Below are positions 19,091 through 29,671 of a DNA stretch of 64,000 bases, in pieces. The notes under the pieces were generated by a model that worked only from the letters and a program-made list of their open reading frames with translations, did no database searches and was not told the DNA's origin. Within the stretch, counting starts at the first letter, position 1. The number at the start of each line of letters is the position of its first letter. Both the position numbers and the translations under genes were made by a program. Origin of the DNA: an uncultured Bacilli bacterium (GTDB lineage Bacteria; Bacillota_I; Bacilli_A; RF39; UBA660); NCBI GenBank assembly GCA_947629815.1, contig CANRFG010000002.1:7539-71538 (forward strand). The letters are read 5' to 3'.

Positions 19091-19726
19091 ATGAAAGAAA
19101 AATATAACAAATATTTAAATGAAAATCCAAATTTTGATAAAACTACAATGATTGGGATTATATGTTCATTAATTGTTATTTCAGGAGTGTTTGGTTTTTG
19201 GTTTGAGTTTATATTTTATTATTTTAATGGAGGTATGCAAGAAATTTATTGGAGAGGTGGAAACTTTTTACCTTGGATAAATATATATGCATATGGTGCA
19301 TTAGGAATTTATTTCTTAACATTTAAATATCGTAAAAAACCATTAAAAGTATTTTTATTAAGTATGATTATATGTGGTATTTTAGAATTTGCTTCAGGAT
19401 ATGTAATGTATACATTTTTCGATGGTTGGAGATGTTGGGATTACAATAAAGAAATATTAAATTTTGGTAATATTGGTGGTTTTGTATGCTTTAGAAGTGT
19501 AAGTTTTTTTGGACTAGCAGGATTATTACTAATATATGTAATTATGCCAATTTTATTTGAAATAGCTAAAAAAATGAATAAAAAAGTATTCTTAACTATT
19601 TCAGTTACTTTATGTGTTATTTTCATAATAGATGAATTATATAATTTAATTTTTGCTAGATTATTTCATACTCCAAGAGCACGTGATATTTACGAAAAAA
19701 TAGGATTTAATTTTGTAAAATTTTAA
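19091..19726 (+). CDS. polytopic membrane protein, unknown function
   Basis: Five predicted TM helices. The ATG at 19091 has RBS AGAGGTG; the listed 19082 start is a GTG two codons upstream. Confidence 0.55.
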   Translation: MKEKYNKYLNENPNFDKTTMIGIICSLIVISGVFGFWFEFIFYYFNGGMQEIYWRGGNFLPWINIYAYGALGIYFLTFKYRKKPLKVFLLSMIICGILEFASGYVMYTFFDGWRCWDYNKEILNFGNIGGFVCFRSVSFFGLAGLLLIYVIMPILFEIAKKMNKKVFLTISVTLCVIFIIDELYNLIFARLFHTPRARDIYEKIGFNFVKF

Positions 19727-19790
19727 AAACATAAGTGTAATAATTATTTCTATAATTTAACTTCGACTATAATAAAGTAGGAGGAGTAAA

Positions 19791-20771
19791 ATGGAAAAAA
19801 TATTTGGAATAGATATAAGTGAATTTCAAACAAATATAAATTTAAATAAAGCAAAAGAAGAAGGAATTAAATATGCTATACTTAGAGGTGGATTTACAGG
19901 ATATGGTAAAGCTAAAGGTAAAGCGATGGATTCTTCTTTTTTAGCGCATTATAATACATGCAAAAAATTAGGAATACCTGTTGGAGCTTATTGGTTTTCA
20001 AGAGCAGTAAGTAAAGAAGAAGGAGAAGCAGAAGCAAAATACTTTTATGACAATTGTCTTAAAGGAAGACAATTTGAATATCCTGTTGCGATAGATGTAG
20101 AAGATTCATATTATCAAGCAAAAGCATCTAAAGAAGCAGTTACACAAGCTATTATAGGATTTTGTGAATATTTGGAAAATAAAGGGTATTATGTAGTAAT
20201 ATATGCAAACACTGATTGGTTTAAAAATAAAATGAGCATCAATAATTTAAATGCCTATGACAAATGGGTAGCATATTGGGGAACACAAAAACCTAATAAT
20301 ATATCAGCTGGAATTTGGCAGTTTGGTGGAAGTACTAATAAAATAAGAACTAACAAAGTTGCAGGAATAGTATGCGACCAAGATTATGCTTATAAAGATT
20401 ATCCTACACTAATTAAAAATAATGGATTTAATGGATATGAAAAATCAAATGAAGAAACACCAAATATACCTAAAAAAACAATAGAACAACTTGCAAATGA
20501 AGTAATTGATGGTTTGTGGGGAAATGGAAATGATAGAGCGCAAAAATTAACAGAAGCAGGATATAATTATGATGAAGTTCAAAATAGAGTAAATGAAATA
20601 ATGAATAGTAAAAGTAAAGAAATAAAATATATAGTAAAGAAGGGAGATAATTTAAATTTAATTGCAAAAAAATATAACACAACTTGGCAAAAAATATATA
20701 ATGATAATAAATCTATAATAGGAAATAATCCAAATTTAATCAAAGCAGGTCAAGTATTAATTATAAAATAA
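19791..20771 (+). CDS. GH25 muramidase (lysozyme) with Cpl-7 (CW_7) and C-terminal LysM cell-wall-binding modules; no signal peptide (endolysin/autolysin-like)
   Basis: GH25 N-terminal motifs (GIDISEFQ, DSSFLAHYNTCKKLGIPVGAYWFSRA). The Cpl-7-like segment is EVIDGLWGNGNDRAQKL..VQNRVNEIM. The LysM module is YIVKKGDNLNLIAKKYNTTWQKIYNDN...IKAGQVLII. Confidence 0.8.
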   Translation: MEKIFGIDISEFQTNINLNKAKEEGIKYAILRGGFTGYGKAKGKAMDSSFLAHYNTCKKLGIPVGAYWFSRAVSKEEGEAEAKYFYDNCLKGRQFEYPVAIDVEDSYYQAKASKEAVTQAIIGFCEYLENKGYYVVIYANTDWFKNKMSINNLNAYDKWVAYWGTQKPNNISAGIWQFGGSTNKIRTNKVAGIVCDQDYAYKDYPTLIKNNGFNGYEKSNEETPNIPKKTIEQLANEVIDGLWGNGNDRAQKLTEAGYNYDEVQNRVNEIMNSKSKEIKYIVKKGDNLNLIAKKYNTTWQKIYNDNKSIIGNNPNLIKAGQVLIIK

Positions 20772-20904
20772 AAAATTTAAAATACTATTACTTAATTGTA
20801 GTAGTATTTTTTTGTTTACAATATCACAAAATTTTCATATTTATTTTGTTGATTATTATTAATAATAAGTCTATAATATAAATATATTTATAAAGGAGGC
20901 AAAC

Positions 20905-23466
20905 ATGTTAAAACTAGAGAAAATAACCAAGATATATGAAGTAGCTGGTAATAAGCAAAAAGCACTTGATGATATAAGTGTTAACTTTAGAAAAAGTGAA
21001 TTTGTTTCAATACTAGGTCAAAGTGGAAGTGGTAAAACAACTTTACTTAATATAATAGGTGGTTTAGATAAATATACAAAAGGAGATTTAATAATAAATG
21101 GTATTTCAACAAAAAAATATAATGATCGTGCATGGGATACATATAGAAACCATAGAGTAGGTTTTGTATTCCAAAGTTATAATTTAATACCACATCAAAC
21201 AGCCTTACAAAATGTAGAACTTGCTCTTACTTTATCTGGAATAGGTAAAGAAGAAAGAAGAAAAAGAAGTATTGAGGTATTAAAAAAAGTAGGTCTTGAA
21301 AAACAAATGAATAAAAGACCAAATCAAATGTCTGGTGGACAAATGCAAAGAATCGCAATAGCTCGAGCACTTATAAATGACCCAGATATATTGTTAGCAG
21401 ATGAACCAACCGGAGCTCTTGATTCAGAAACAAGTATTCAAATAATGAAATTATTAAAAGAAATTTCAAAAGATAAATTAGTAATTATGGTTACACATAA
21501 TCCAGAACTTGCAAATGAATATTCTACAAGAATCATAAAATTATTAGATGGAAAAATAACAGATGATTCAAATCCATTTGATGAAAGTTACGAAAAAGAA
21601 ACAGATTCAAATAATAAAAAAAATAAAAAGACTAAAAAAACTTCAATGAATTATATTACTGCGCTTTCTTTAAGTTTAAACAATTTACTTACTAAAAAAG
21701 GAAGAACAATTTTAACTGCTTTTGCAGGTTCTATAGGTATTATAGGTATCGCACTTATTTTATCGCTTTCTAATGGAATACAAAAGTACATTGATAAAAC
21801 AGAAGAAGAAACATTAAGTTCTTATCCTTTAACTATTGAAAAAGAAAGCATCGATATGAGTTCTTTAATAACTTCACTTACAGGAAATAAAGAAAAAGAA
21901 GAGTATAATGATAACAAAATACATGCTGTAAATATAATGGGTGATATGTTTACTACAATGACACAACAAATACAAACAAATGATTTAAAAACATTTAAAA
22001 AGTATTTAGAAGATAATAAAGATATAGAAAATTATACATCAAATATACAATATTCTTATGATATAACACTAAATCTTTATAAAGAAGATAAAGATAAAAT
22101 AACACAAGTAAATCCTACTACAATATTTAATGCTCTTGGAATGAATACAACAGGTATGTCAAGTGCTTATAGTAGTATGATGAATAATTATGATGTATTT
22201 TATGAAATGCTTGGAAATGAACAATTAAATAAACAACAATATGACTTAGTAGATGGTAGATGGCCTGAAAAATATAATGAAGTTGTATTACAAGTGGATA
22301 AGAATAATCAAATATCTGATTATACTTTATATAGTTTAGGAATATTAGACCAAGATTATTTAAAAGAACAATTCACAAATATGGTAAATGGTAAAGAAGT
22401 TAAATTTGACGAAACATCTTATAATACAAGTGATTTAATCGGTTTGAAATTTAAACTTTTATTAAATACAGATTTTTATCAAAAACAAAATGGTCTTTGG
22501 GTTAATATGTCAAAAGATGAAAATTATTTAAAAGAAAAATTAAAAGATGCTGAAGAAATAGAAATCGTTGGAATTATTAGACCAGATGAAGAAGCAGTTG
22601 TATCATCATCTGGCGCAGGTATGATTGGATATAGACATGATTTAGTTGAGTATATAATTAATAAAACAAATGAAACAGATATAGTAAAAGAACAATTAAA
22701 AAACGAAAAAATAAATGTATTTACAGGTGGAGAATTTACATCTAATACAACATTTGATATGAGTAGTTTATCTAATGAACAACTTCTTTATTTACAAAGT
22801 TTATCTCAAAAAGAATTAGCAGAGTTTATAAATTCTTATACTGAAAATATGACTTCAACTTATGAAGAAAATTTAGAAAAATTAGGTGTTGCTGATCTTG
22901 AAGATCCAAGTTCTATATCTATTTATCCTAAAGATTTTGATTCTAAAACTGAAATAGTTAATATAATTGATGAATATAATAAAGATAAAAACGAAGAAGA
23001 TAAAATTAATTATACAGATATAGTTGGTATAATGATGGGTTCAGTTTCAACAATTGTAAATGTAATTAGTACAGTTTTAATTGCTTTTGTTGCAATAAGT
23101 TTAATAGTATCATCAATAATGATTGCTATAATAACATATATATCTGTTATTGAAAGAACGAAAGAAATTGGTATTTTAAGAGCAATAGGAGCAAGTAAAA
23201 AAGATATTTCACGAGTATTTAATGCAGAAACTTTAATAGAAGGATTAATAGCTGGAGTTTTTGGTATAGTTGTTACTATTTTAATAAATATACCTGCAAA
23301 TATAATTATTAAAAATGCAGTAAATATAAGTAATTTATCTAAATTACCTATAAATGGAGCGATTATATTGATAATAATAAGTGTTTTACTAACAGTTATT
23401 GCTGGATTTATACCTGCTAAACTTGCAAGTAAAAAAGACCCTGTTGAAGCACTTAGAACTGAATAG
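20905..23466 (+). CDS. fused ABC transporter ATP-binding protein / FtsX-family permease (MacB-like)
   Basis: Walker A GQSGSGKTT, signature LSGGQMQRIAIARAL, Walker B LLADEPTGALD. The C-terminal 4-TM FtsX-like domain carries IGILRAIGASKKDI. Confidence 0.88.
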   Translation: MLKLEKITKIYEVAGNKQKALDDISVNFRKSEFVSILGQSGSGKTTLLNIIGGLDKYTKGDLIINGISTKKYNDRAWDTYRNHRVGFVFQSYNLIPHQTALQNVELALTLSGIGKEERRKRSIEVLKKVGLEKQMNKRPNQMSGGQMQRIAIARALINDPDILLADEPTGALDSETSIQIMKLLKEISKDKLVIMVTHNPELANEYSTRIIKLLDGKITDDSNPFDESYEKETDSNNKKNKKTKKTSMNYITALSLSLNNLLTKKGRTILTAFAGSIGIIGIALILSLSNGIQKYIDKTEEETLSSYPLTIEKESIDMSSLITSLTGNKEKEEYNDNKIHAVNIMGDMFTTMTQQIQTNDLKTFKKYLEDNKDIENYTSNIQYSYDITLNLYKEDKDKITQVNPTTIFNALGMNTTGMSSAYSSMMNNYDVFYEMLGNEQLNKQQYDLVDGRWPEKYNEVVLQVDKNNQISDYTLYSLGILDQDYLKEQFTNMVNGKEVKFDETSYNTSDLIGLKFKLLLNTDFYQKQNGLWVNMSKDENYLKEKLKDAEEIEIVGIIRPDEEAVVSSSGAGMIGYRHDLVEYIINKTNETDIVKEQLKNEKINVFTGGEFTSNTTFDMSSLSNEQLLYLQSLSQKELAEFINSYTENMTSTYEENLEKLGVADLEDPSSISIYPKDFDSKTEIVNIIDEYNKDKNEEDKINYTDIVGIMMGSVSTIVNVISTVLIAFVAISLIVSSIMIAIITYISVIERTKEIGILRAIGASKKDISRVFNAETLIEGLIAGVFGIVVTILINIPANIIIKNAVNISNLSKLPINGAIILIIISVLLTVIAGFIPAKLASKKDPVEALRTE

Positions 23467-23602
23467 ACAAACAAAAACAAAAGTAAAAAAAAGACAGTAG
23501 TCTTTTTTTTTAACTAAAAAAATATAATTTTATAAATTATTATATTTTTTTATTAAAATGTTAAAATTTCCATAAAAATATGATAAAATTAATATGTTAT
23601 AT

Positions 23603-23677
23603 TGCCCTATAGCCAAGCGGTAAGGCATCGGACTCTGACTCCGACATGCGTTAGTTCGAATCTAACTAGGGCAGCCA
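23603..23677 (+). tRNA. tRNA-Gln (anticodon CTG)
   Basis: Cloverleaf with U1-A72 and acceptor TGCCCTA/TAGGGCA. It is nearly identical in backbone to Bacillus tRNA-Gln, but the anticodon loop CTCTGAC has C34 rather than U34. CCA is encoded. Confidence 0.8.
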
Positions 23678-23716
23678 ATTTGTTAATTAATTATTTTTAT
23701 ATAAAGGAGACTAACT

Positions 23717-25375
23717 ATGACAAATAAAGATTTAGCTGATTTAATATTCCCAAATATTACAAAAACAATTGAAGATTATGAGAAAATGTATCCAAAAAGA
23801 AAATTAGATGAGGAAGCATGTGTTACTCGTTTCGCACCTTCTCCAACAGGTTATATGCATTTAGGAGGATTTTTTCAAGCATTAATTGATTTTAATATAG
23901 CAAAAAGTACAAATGGAATATTTTATCTTAGAAATGAAGATACTGACCAAAAAAGAGAAGTAGATAAAGCAGTAGAATTAATTATGGAAACATTAAAACA
24001 TTATGATATTATTCCAGATGAATACGAATATAAAGGAGAAATAGTTGGAGAATATGGACCTTATATACAAAGTGAAAGAAAAGAAATATATCATACATTT
24101 ATTAAATATTTAATAGAAATTGGTAGAGCTTATCCATGCTTTTGTACTAAAGATGAAATAAACGAAATGAGAAGTACTCAAGAAGAAAGAAAAATGAGAC
24201 CAGGATATTATGGAAGATTTGCTCGTTGTAATAATATGAGTGTAGATGAGGCTATTAAAAGAATAAAAAATAATGAACCATATGTAATAAGATTCAGGTC
24301 AAATGGTGATTTTGAAAATAAAATAATTTTTAATGATTTAGTAAAAGGCAGACTTCACTTAAATGAAAATGATATAGATGATGTAATAATGAAAAGTGAT
24401 AATTTACTTCCAACTTATCATTTCGCACATGTTGTTGATGACTATTTAATGCATACAACACATGTTGTAAGAGGAGAGGAATGGTTGCCATCAGTTCCAA
24501 AACATATACAAATGTTTGAGGCTTTTGGTTTTGAGCCCCCTAAATATATACATACACCTTTAATTGTTAAAAAAGATGGTGGAAGTATTAGAAAAATATC
24601 TAAAAGAAAAGACCCAGAAGCTTCAATGAGTTATTATGATGAATTAGGTTATCCAACATTAGCAGTTATCGAATCACTTATGACTATTATAAATTCTAAT
24701 TATGAAATTTGGCATACAGAAAATCCTGATAAAACATTTTTAGATTTTAAATTTAATCCAGAAAAAATGTCTTCTTCCGGTGCTTTATATGATTTAGATA
24801 AATTAGATAATATTTCTAAAGATATAATATCTAAAATGAGTGCAGAAGAACTATTTCAAAAATCATACGAATGGGCAAAAAAATATAGTGAATCATTAAC
24901 TTCAATAATTGAAAAAGATAAAAAATATTATACTTCAATTTTAAATATTGAAAGAGAAAAAGTAAAACCAAGAAAAGATATAGCTAAATATTTTGATATT
25001 GAAAATTTAATATGGTATATGTATGATGATATATATTTTAGTAAAGATTTAGAATATGAATGGCAAAAAATAACAGACAAAGAAGAAATTAAAAAAATAT
25101 TAAAAACCTATATTTCAAAATATTATAATGTAGAAAGTCAAGAAGCTTGGTTTGATGAGGTTAAAAAACTTGCTGAGGAACTAGGGTATGCAAGTAATAT
25201 GAAAGAATATAAAAATAATCCTGAGTTATTTAAAGGAAATGTTGCTGATGTAGCAACTGTCCTAAGGGTTGCTTTAACTAGTAAATCAAATACTCCAGAT
25301 TTATATGAAATAATGAATTTATTTGGTAAAGAAAGAGTAAAAAACAGATATAATAAATTAATTGAAAAGTTTTAA
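23717..25375 (+). CDS. gltX: glutamyl-tRNA synthetase (552 aa; probably non-discriminating)
   Basis: Class I GluRS N-terminus TRFAPSPTGYMHLGG; KISKRK (KMSKS-like) motif. Confidence 0.88.
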   Translation: MTNKDLADLIFPNITKTIEDYEKMYPKRKLDEEACVTRFAPSPTGYMHLGGFFQALIDFNIAKSTNGIFYLRNEDTDQKREVDKAVELIMETLKHYDIIPDEYEYKGEIVGEYGPYIQSERKEIYHTFIKYLIEIGRAYPCFCTKDEINEMRSTQEERKMRPGYYGRFARCNNMSVDEAIKRIKNNEPYVIRFRSNGDFENKIIFNDLVKGRLHLNENDIDDVIMKSDNLLPTYHFAHVVDDYLMHTTHVVRGEEWLPSVPKHIQMFEAFGFEPPKYIHTPLIVKKDGGSIRKISKRKDPEASMSYYDELGYPTLAVIESLMTIINSNYEIWHTENPDKTFLDFKFNPEKMSSSGALYDLDKLDNISKDIISKMSAEELFQKSYEWAKKYSESLTSIIEKDKKYYTSILNIEREKVKPRKDIAKYFDIENLIWYMYDDIYFSKDLEYEWQKITDKEEIKKILKTYISKYYNVESQEAWFDEVKKLAEELGYASNMKEYKNNPELFKGNVADVATVLRVALTSKSNTPDLYEIMNLFGKERVKNRYNKLIEKF

Positions 25376-25439
25376 ATTTCTAAAACTTTTTTTATTGTAA
25401 AATAATAAAATACATGATATATTATTAATGTATTTATTT

Positions 25440-25516
25440 GGCCTGTTGGTGAAGTGGCTTAACACATTGCCCTCTCAAGGCAACATTCACGAGTTCGAAT
25501 CTCGTACAGGTCACCA
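25440..25516 (+). tRNA. tRNA-Glu (anticodon CTC)
   Basis: Cloverleaf: acceptor GGCCTGT/ACAGGTC, anticodon stem TTGCC/GGCAA with loop CTCTCAA, T-loop TTCGAAT, encoded CCA. Confidence 0.78.
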
Positions 25517-25526
25517 ATTAGTTATT

Positions 25527-25558
25527 AACCATTGATTTTCAATGGTTTTTATTTTTTT
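25527..25558 (+). terminator. intrinsic terminator after tRNA-Glu (AACCATTGA-ttt-TCAATGGTT + T-run); second copy of the repeated module
   Basis: Same hairpin as at 17893-17924 with a one-base loop difference; followed by TTTTTATTTTTTTGGTCTTGTTT in both copies. Confidence 0.7.
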
Positions 25559-25690
25559 GGTCTTGTTTTTGGTCTTTTTTAATTAGTATTAAAAAAGATG
25601 TATTTAAATATTATTCTTTCATTTTCCTTGACTTTTTATTAATATGTGATAGAATAATTAACGCACTTAAAAAAAGGAGTTGAACTTTAA

Positions 25691-26812
25691 ATGAGTAAAA
25701 CAGAACAAGAATTTATTAAAGAATTAAGATTAATGATATTAAATAAGAGTGATAAAGATTTAAATTATAGTATTGAATGCACAAATAATATAGAAGGTAT
25801 GCCACTTACATTTAATAAAAGATATATCAAAGTAGTAACATATTACTTTGATAAACAAGTAATTGAATATTATGAGTTAAATAATATTAAACCTATTTTA
25901 AGTGAAGTTAGATTCATTAAAGAAGAAGGATATTATTTAAGTTTTGTAAAAGAAAATACATCTAATAATAGCATGGCAAATTTCAAAATAAATTTAGTAG
26001 AAGATAACAAAATAAAATATTCAAAGACAGTTAAATCTTTATTAAATCTAGATACAGAAGACTTAAAACCATTTACTATTAATAGTTATAATGATGAAAT
26101 TGATAAAAATAACAAAAACAATTATTTTATAGAAAATGGTAATTTAACTTATACATTACATGAAGAAATAAAAGAAGCAGACGAAACATATGGAAATGTA
26201 GTAGGTGCTTGCTTTGAAAAGGTTCCATTTAATGAAGATAACATACAATATAAATTTAATACAGCAATAAAATTTTCTGAAAAAACATTATTTGAAAATT
26301 ATAATATATCAGCTATGATATTTAATGGTAGTGTTAATTGTGATGGAGTAAATATATTCCCAAGTTTAGAAATATATAAAAATAAAGAAAGCATAATTAT
26401 TATATATTCAAGTTCAGATAAAACTCAATCACTTTTAGCTAATACATTTAAACCAAAAAGAAACAAAAACAAAGATAAAAAGGTACCATTACTACCAATT
26501 ATGAGTAGTGGTTGTATAACAAATGAGGAAATAAATATTATTGTTGAATATTTATCTAAAAATTATAATAATGAATTTATAGATGTAGCATGCTCTAAAT
26601 TATTAGAATTTGGAGAAAAACTAGAACTTAAGGATTCAACAATATGGCAAGCAGACCAATTAACTCCAGCTTATTTCTTAAACAAATCAAATGATGAAAT
26701 AATAGAAACAATTGAGAAAAATAAAGATTATTACTATGAATTAATAGAAAATCAATATAATTCATTTGTAAATATTCAGAAAGAAAAAACAAAAATTTTA
26801 AAAAATAATTAA
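25691..26812 (+). CDS. hypothetical protein (373 aa), no recognisable domain
   Basis: Long ORF with RBS AAAGGAG and an upstream TTGACT-16-TAGAAT promoter. Confidence 0.55.
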   Translation: MSKTEQEFIKELRLMILNKSDKDLNYSIECTNNIEGMPLTFNKRYIKVVTYYFDKQVIEYYELNNIKPILSEVRFIKEEGYYLSFVKENTSNNSMANFKINLVEDNKIKYSKTVKSLLNLDTEDLKPFTINSYNDEIDKNNKNNYFIENGNLTYTLHEEIKEADETYGNVVGACFEKVPFNEDNIQYKFNTAIKFSEKTLFENYNISAMIFNGSVNCDGVNIFPSLEIYKNKESIIIIYSSSDKTQSLLANTFKPKRNKNKDKKVPLLPIMSSGCITNEEINIIVEYLSKNYNNEFIDVACSKLLEFGEKLELKDSTIWQADQLTPAYFLNKSNDEIIETIEKNKDYYYELIENQYNSFVNIQKEKTKILKNN

Positions 26813-26904
26813 AAATTTAAAAGTCAATATGACTTTTATTTTTTTGATTTAATAACACTTTCTTACTAAAAAATATAGAATAAAATAAAATAAGAAGGTG
26901 TAAT

Positions 26905-27420
26905 ATGAAATTAATTGATTTTGTAAAAGAACAAATAGAAGTTATAAAAGAAAAAGACCCTGCTATTAATAGTAGTATGGAAATATTACTATACCCAAGT
27001 TTTAGAGCTCAATTTTCATATAAAATCGCACATTTTTTATATAAAAGAAAACATTTCTTTTTAGCGAGATTAATATCAGAAACAACTAAAATAACGACAG
27101 GGATTGAAATACACCCAGGAGCAGAAATAGGAAAAAGACTATTTATAGACCATGGTTTTGGAGTAGTAATAGGAGAAACTGCTATAATAGGCGATAATGT
27201 AACTATATATCATGGAGTTACATTAGGAGGAACAGGAAAAGAAAAAGGAAAACGACATCCTACTATAAAAGATAATGTAATGATAGGTTGTGGCGCAAAA
27301 GTACTTGGAAATATTACAATCGGAAAAAATGTTAAAATAGGAGCAAATGCTGTTGTTTTAAATGATATACCAGATAATACTACAGTAGTTGGAATACCTG
27401 CTCACTCTACAAAGAAATAA
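26905..27420 (+). CDS. cysE: serine O-acetyltransferase (short form)
   Basis: Left-handed beta-helix hexapeptide core [46 protein letters not shown]. Confidence 0.8.
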   Translation: MKLIDFVKEQIEVIKEKDPAINSSMEILLYPSFRAQFSYKIAHFLYKRKHFFLARLISETTKITTGIEIHPGAEIGKRLFIDHGFGVVIGETAIIGDNVTIYHGVTLGGTGKEKGKRHPTIKDNVMIGCGAKVLGNITIGKNVKIGANAVVLNDIPDNTTVVGIPAHSTKK

Positions 27421-27489
27421 TATCCAACTAATATTTAACACCTTGAAAAAAACGACAATTTTTGATAAAATTAGTTGCGTAGTAGGTGT

Positions 27490-29439
27490 GATATGAAAGA
27501 AAAGATAAAAAAAATATTAAAAAATTATAGTTTATTATTGTTTATAATTATTTCTATGTTATATTTAGAAACTATTTTCCATATATTTTGTTTTAAAAAA
27601 TTTGATTTTTTAAATTTAATAAATATATATTTATTTACAATACCAATTTCAATAATTACATATTTTATATCAAGTTTATTTAATAAAAAAGCAAACAAAG
27701 TATTAACATTTATATTTACAATATTATATACTTTACTTTTTGTTTCACAATTTATTTATTTTAACTTATTTAACGCTATATATGGTCCAAATTCAATTGC
27801 TTTTGTAAATCAAGTATTAGTAGTATTGAATGAGGTTTTTGCCACTATATTACAAAATTGGTATGTAATATTATTGATGATTTTGCCTTTAATATTTTTA
27901 ATAGTATTTAATAATAAATTATATTTTGAATTTAATAAGAAAAAAAACATAATTATATCAATAATATACTTTATAATTTTTTATTTAGTAAGTATTTTAT
28001 CAATTAATATAAATAAAAACACTTTATATTGTAATTACAACTTATACTATAAAATAAAACAACCTGTTTTAACTTCAAACAATTTAGGGCTTACAACAAG
28101 TTTTAGATTAGAGGTACAAAGAGCAATATTTGGTTTTAAAGAACAAGCAATTATATCAAGTAATGAAAAATTAAATATAGATGAAAATAAAGAATACAAT
28201 ATGATGGATATAAATTTTGACTATCTTAATACTTTAACAAAAGATAATGATATTATGACTTTAAATAATTTCTTTCAAAATAGACAACCTACTGAAAAAA
28301 ACGAATATACAGGATTATTTAAAGATAAAAACTTAATATTTATTGTAGCAGAATCTTTAGATAAAAGTGTAATATCTAAAGATATAACTCCTACATTATA
28401 TAAATTATCAAAAGAAAGTATACAATTTAATAATTACTATGTTCCTTTATATCCTGGAAGTACAGGGGCTGGTGAATATATGACAGGTTGGGGGCTTTTA
28501 GCTTCTAATGTAGCAAAACTAGACCAACTTTCACAAACAATAGGTAACAACAATGAATTTAGATTAAATAATAGTCTTAAAAAATTAGGATATAAAACTC
28601 ATGCTTATCATGATTATTATGGATATTTTTATCATAGAGATGAATATTTTAAAAACGATAATTACGATGATTATTCATTCTGTGATACAGGTTTGGTATC
28701 ATCATGTGAAGAATTCAGAGGTAGCGATTTAGAAATGATTCAAAATAGTATTAAAAACTATATAAATGATGATAAATTCTTCACATATTATTTAACTGTT
28801 AGTGGGCATGGTAGTTATAGTTATAATGAAAGTTCAATAATAAGAAAAAATTATGACAAAGTTAAAAATCTAAGTTATTCAGATGATATTAAAGGTTTGT
28901 TAGCATCAAATATTGAGTTAGATAAGGCATTGGAATATTTAGTTAAAACTTTAGAAGAAAACAACTTACTAGATGATACAGTAATAGTTATAACACCTGA
29001 CCATTATCCTTACTATTTAAAACCAAATCAATTTAATGAATTAGATAGTGAAGATAGAACAGATAAGTTTTTATTACATCATCAAAATTTAATCATTTGG
29101 AATAATGATAATTCTAATATAGCTACTGATAAATATATTTCTAATATAGATATATTACCAACTATTTTAAATTTATTTGGAATTGAATATGATTCTAGAT
29201 TATTTATAGGAAGAGATGCTTTATCAAATTCACCATCAACTGTTATTCTTTCAGACCAAAGTTGGATAAATGAATATGGTAGTTATGATACAGTAGAAGA
29301 TAGTTTCAAAGAAAAGAAACCTGTTGATAGTAATTATGTTGAAAGTATGAATCAAACAATCAATACTTATTTTAGTATTTCTAATATGATTCAAGAAAAA
29401 AAATATTATAATTTCATATTTGAAAACATAAAAGTGTAA
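27490..29439 (+). CDS. LTA-synthase family protein (N-terminal polytopic membrane domain plus extracellular sulfatase-like domain)
   Basis: Five TM helices followed by a sulfatase-fold domain (LIFIVAESLD, VITPDHYPYY). The ATG at 27490 has RBS AGGTGTG. Confidence 0.75.
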   Translation, partial: DMKEKIKKILKNYSLLLFIIISMLYLETIFHIFCFKKFDFLNLINIYLFTIPISIITYFISSLFNKKANKVLTFIFTILYTLLFVSQFIYFNLFNAIYGPNSIAFVNQVLVVLNEVFATILQNWYVILLMILPLIFLIVFNNKLYFEFNKKKNIIISIIYFIIFYLVSILSININKNTLYCNYNLYYKIKQPVLTSNNLGLTTSFRLEVQRAIFGFKEQAIISSNEKLNIDENKEYNMMDINFDYLNTLTKDNDIMTLNNFFQNRQPTEKNEYTGLFKDKNLIFIVAESLDKSVISKDITPTLYKLSKESIQFNNYYVPLYPGSTGAGEYMTGWGLLASNVAKLDQLSQTIGNNNEFRLNNSLKKLGYKTHAYHDYYGYFYHRDEYFKNDNYDDYSFCDTGLVSSCEEFRGSDLEMIQNSIKNYINDDKFFTYYLTVSGHGSYSYNESSIIRKNYDKVKNLSYSDDIKGLLASNIELDKALEYLVKTLEENNLLDDTVIVITPDHYPYYLKPNQFNELDSEDRTDKFLLHHQNLIIWNNDNSNIATDKYISNIDILPTILNLFGIEYDSRLFIGRDALSNSPSTVILSDQSWINEYGSYDTVEDSFKEKKPVDSNYVESMNQTINTYFSISNMIQEKKYYNFIFENIKV

Positions 29440-29502
29440 ACTAAATATTATTTTTTATAAATTTATAGACTTTTAATATTTAGTATGTTATAATTAAATT
29501 GC

Positions 29503-29671
29503 CTAAAGATAAGAAATCGTCTGTTAAGAAAAACCTACAAATAAACGATTGGGAATCTAATTTATATGTGGTGTTGAATACCTTTTTATAAGGAATCCTA
29601 AAGCCTATAATGTGATGCCCACCTGGTAGACAGGGTTTATCGTTTCGGACGCCTACATCCTTAGGCTTTTT
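29503..29671 (+). ncRNA. candidate structured small RNA (6S/SsrS-like?), 5-prime and 3-prime ends paired in a long-range closing helix, ending in a hairpin and T6 run
   Basis: GC-enriched 170-nt ORF-free segment. The 5-prime GCCTAAaGATaagaaatCGTC pairs with the 3-prime GACGcctacATCcTTAGGC. The T6 run is followed by an independent TTGATT-17-TATAAT promoter for tcdA. Confidence 0.3.

Noticed and set aside
23010-23480. 156-aa minus-strand ORF
   Set aside because: Antisense to the FtsX permease domain of the ABC transporter; hydrophobic mirror frame.
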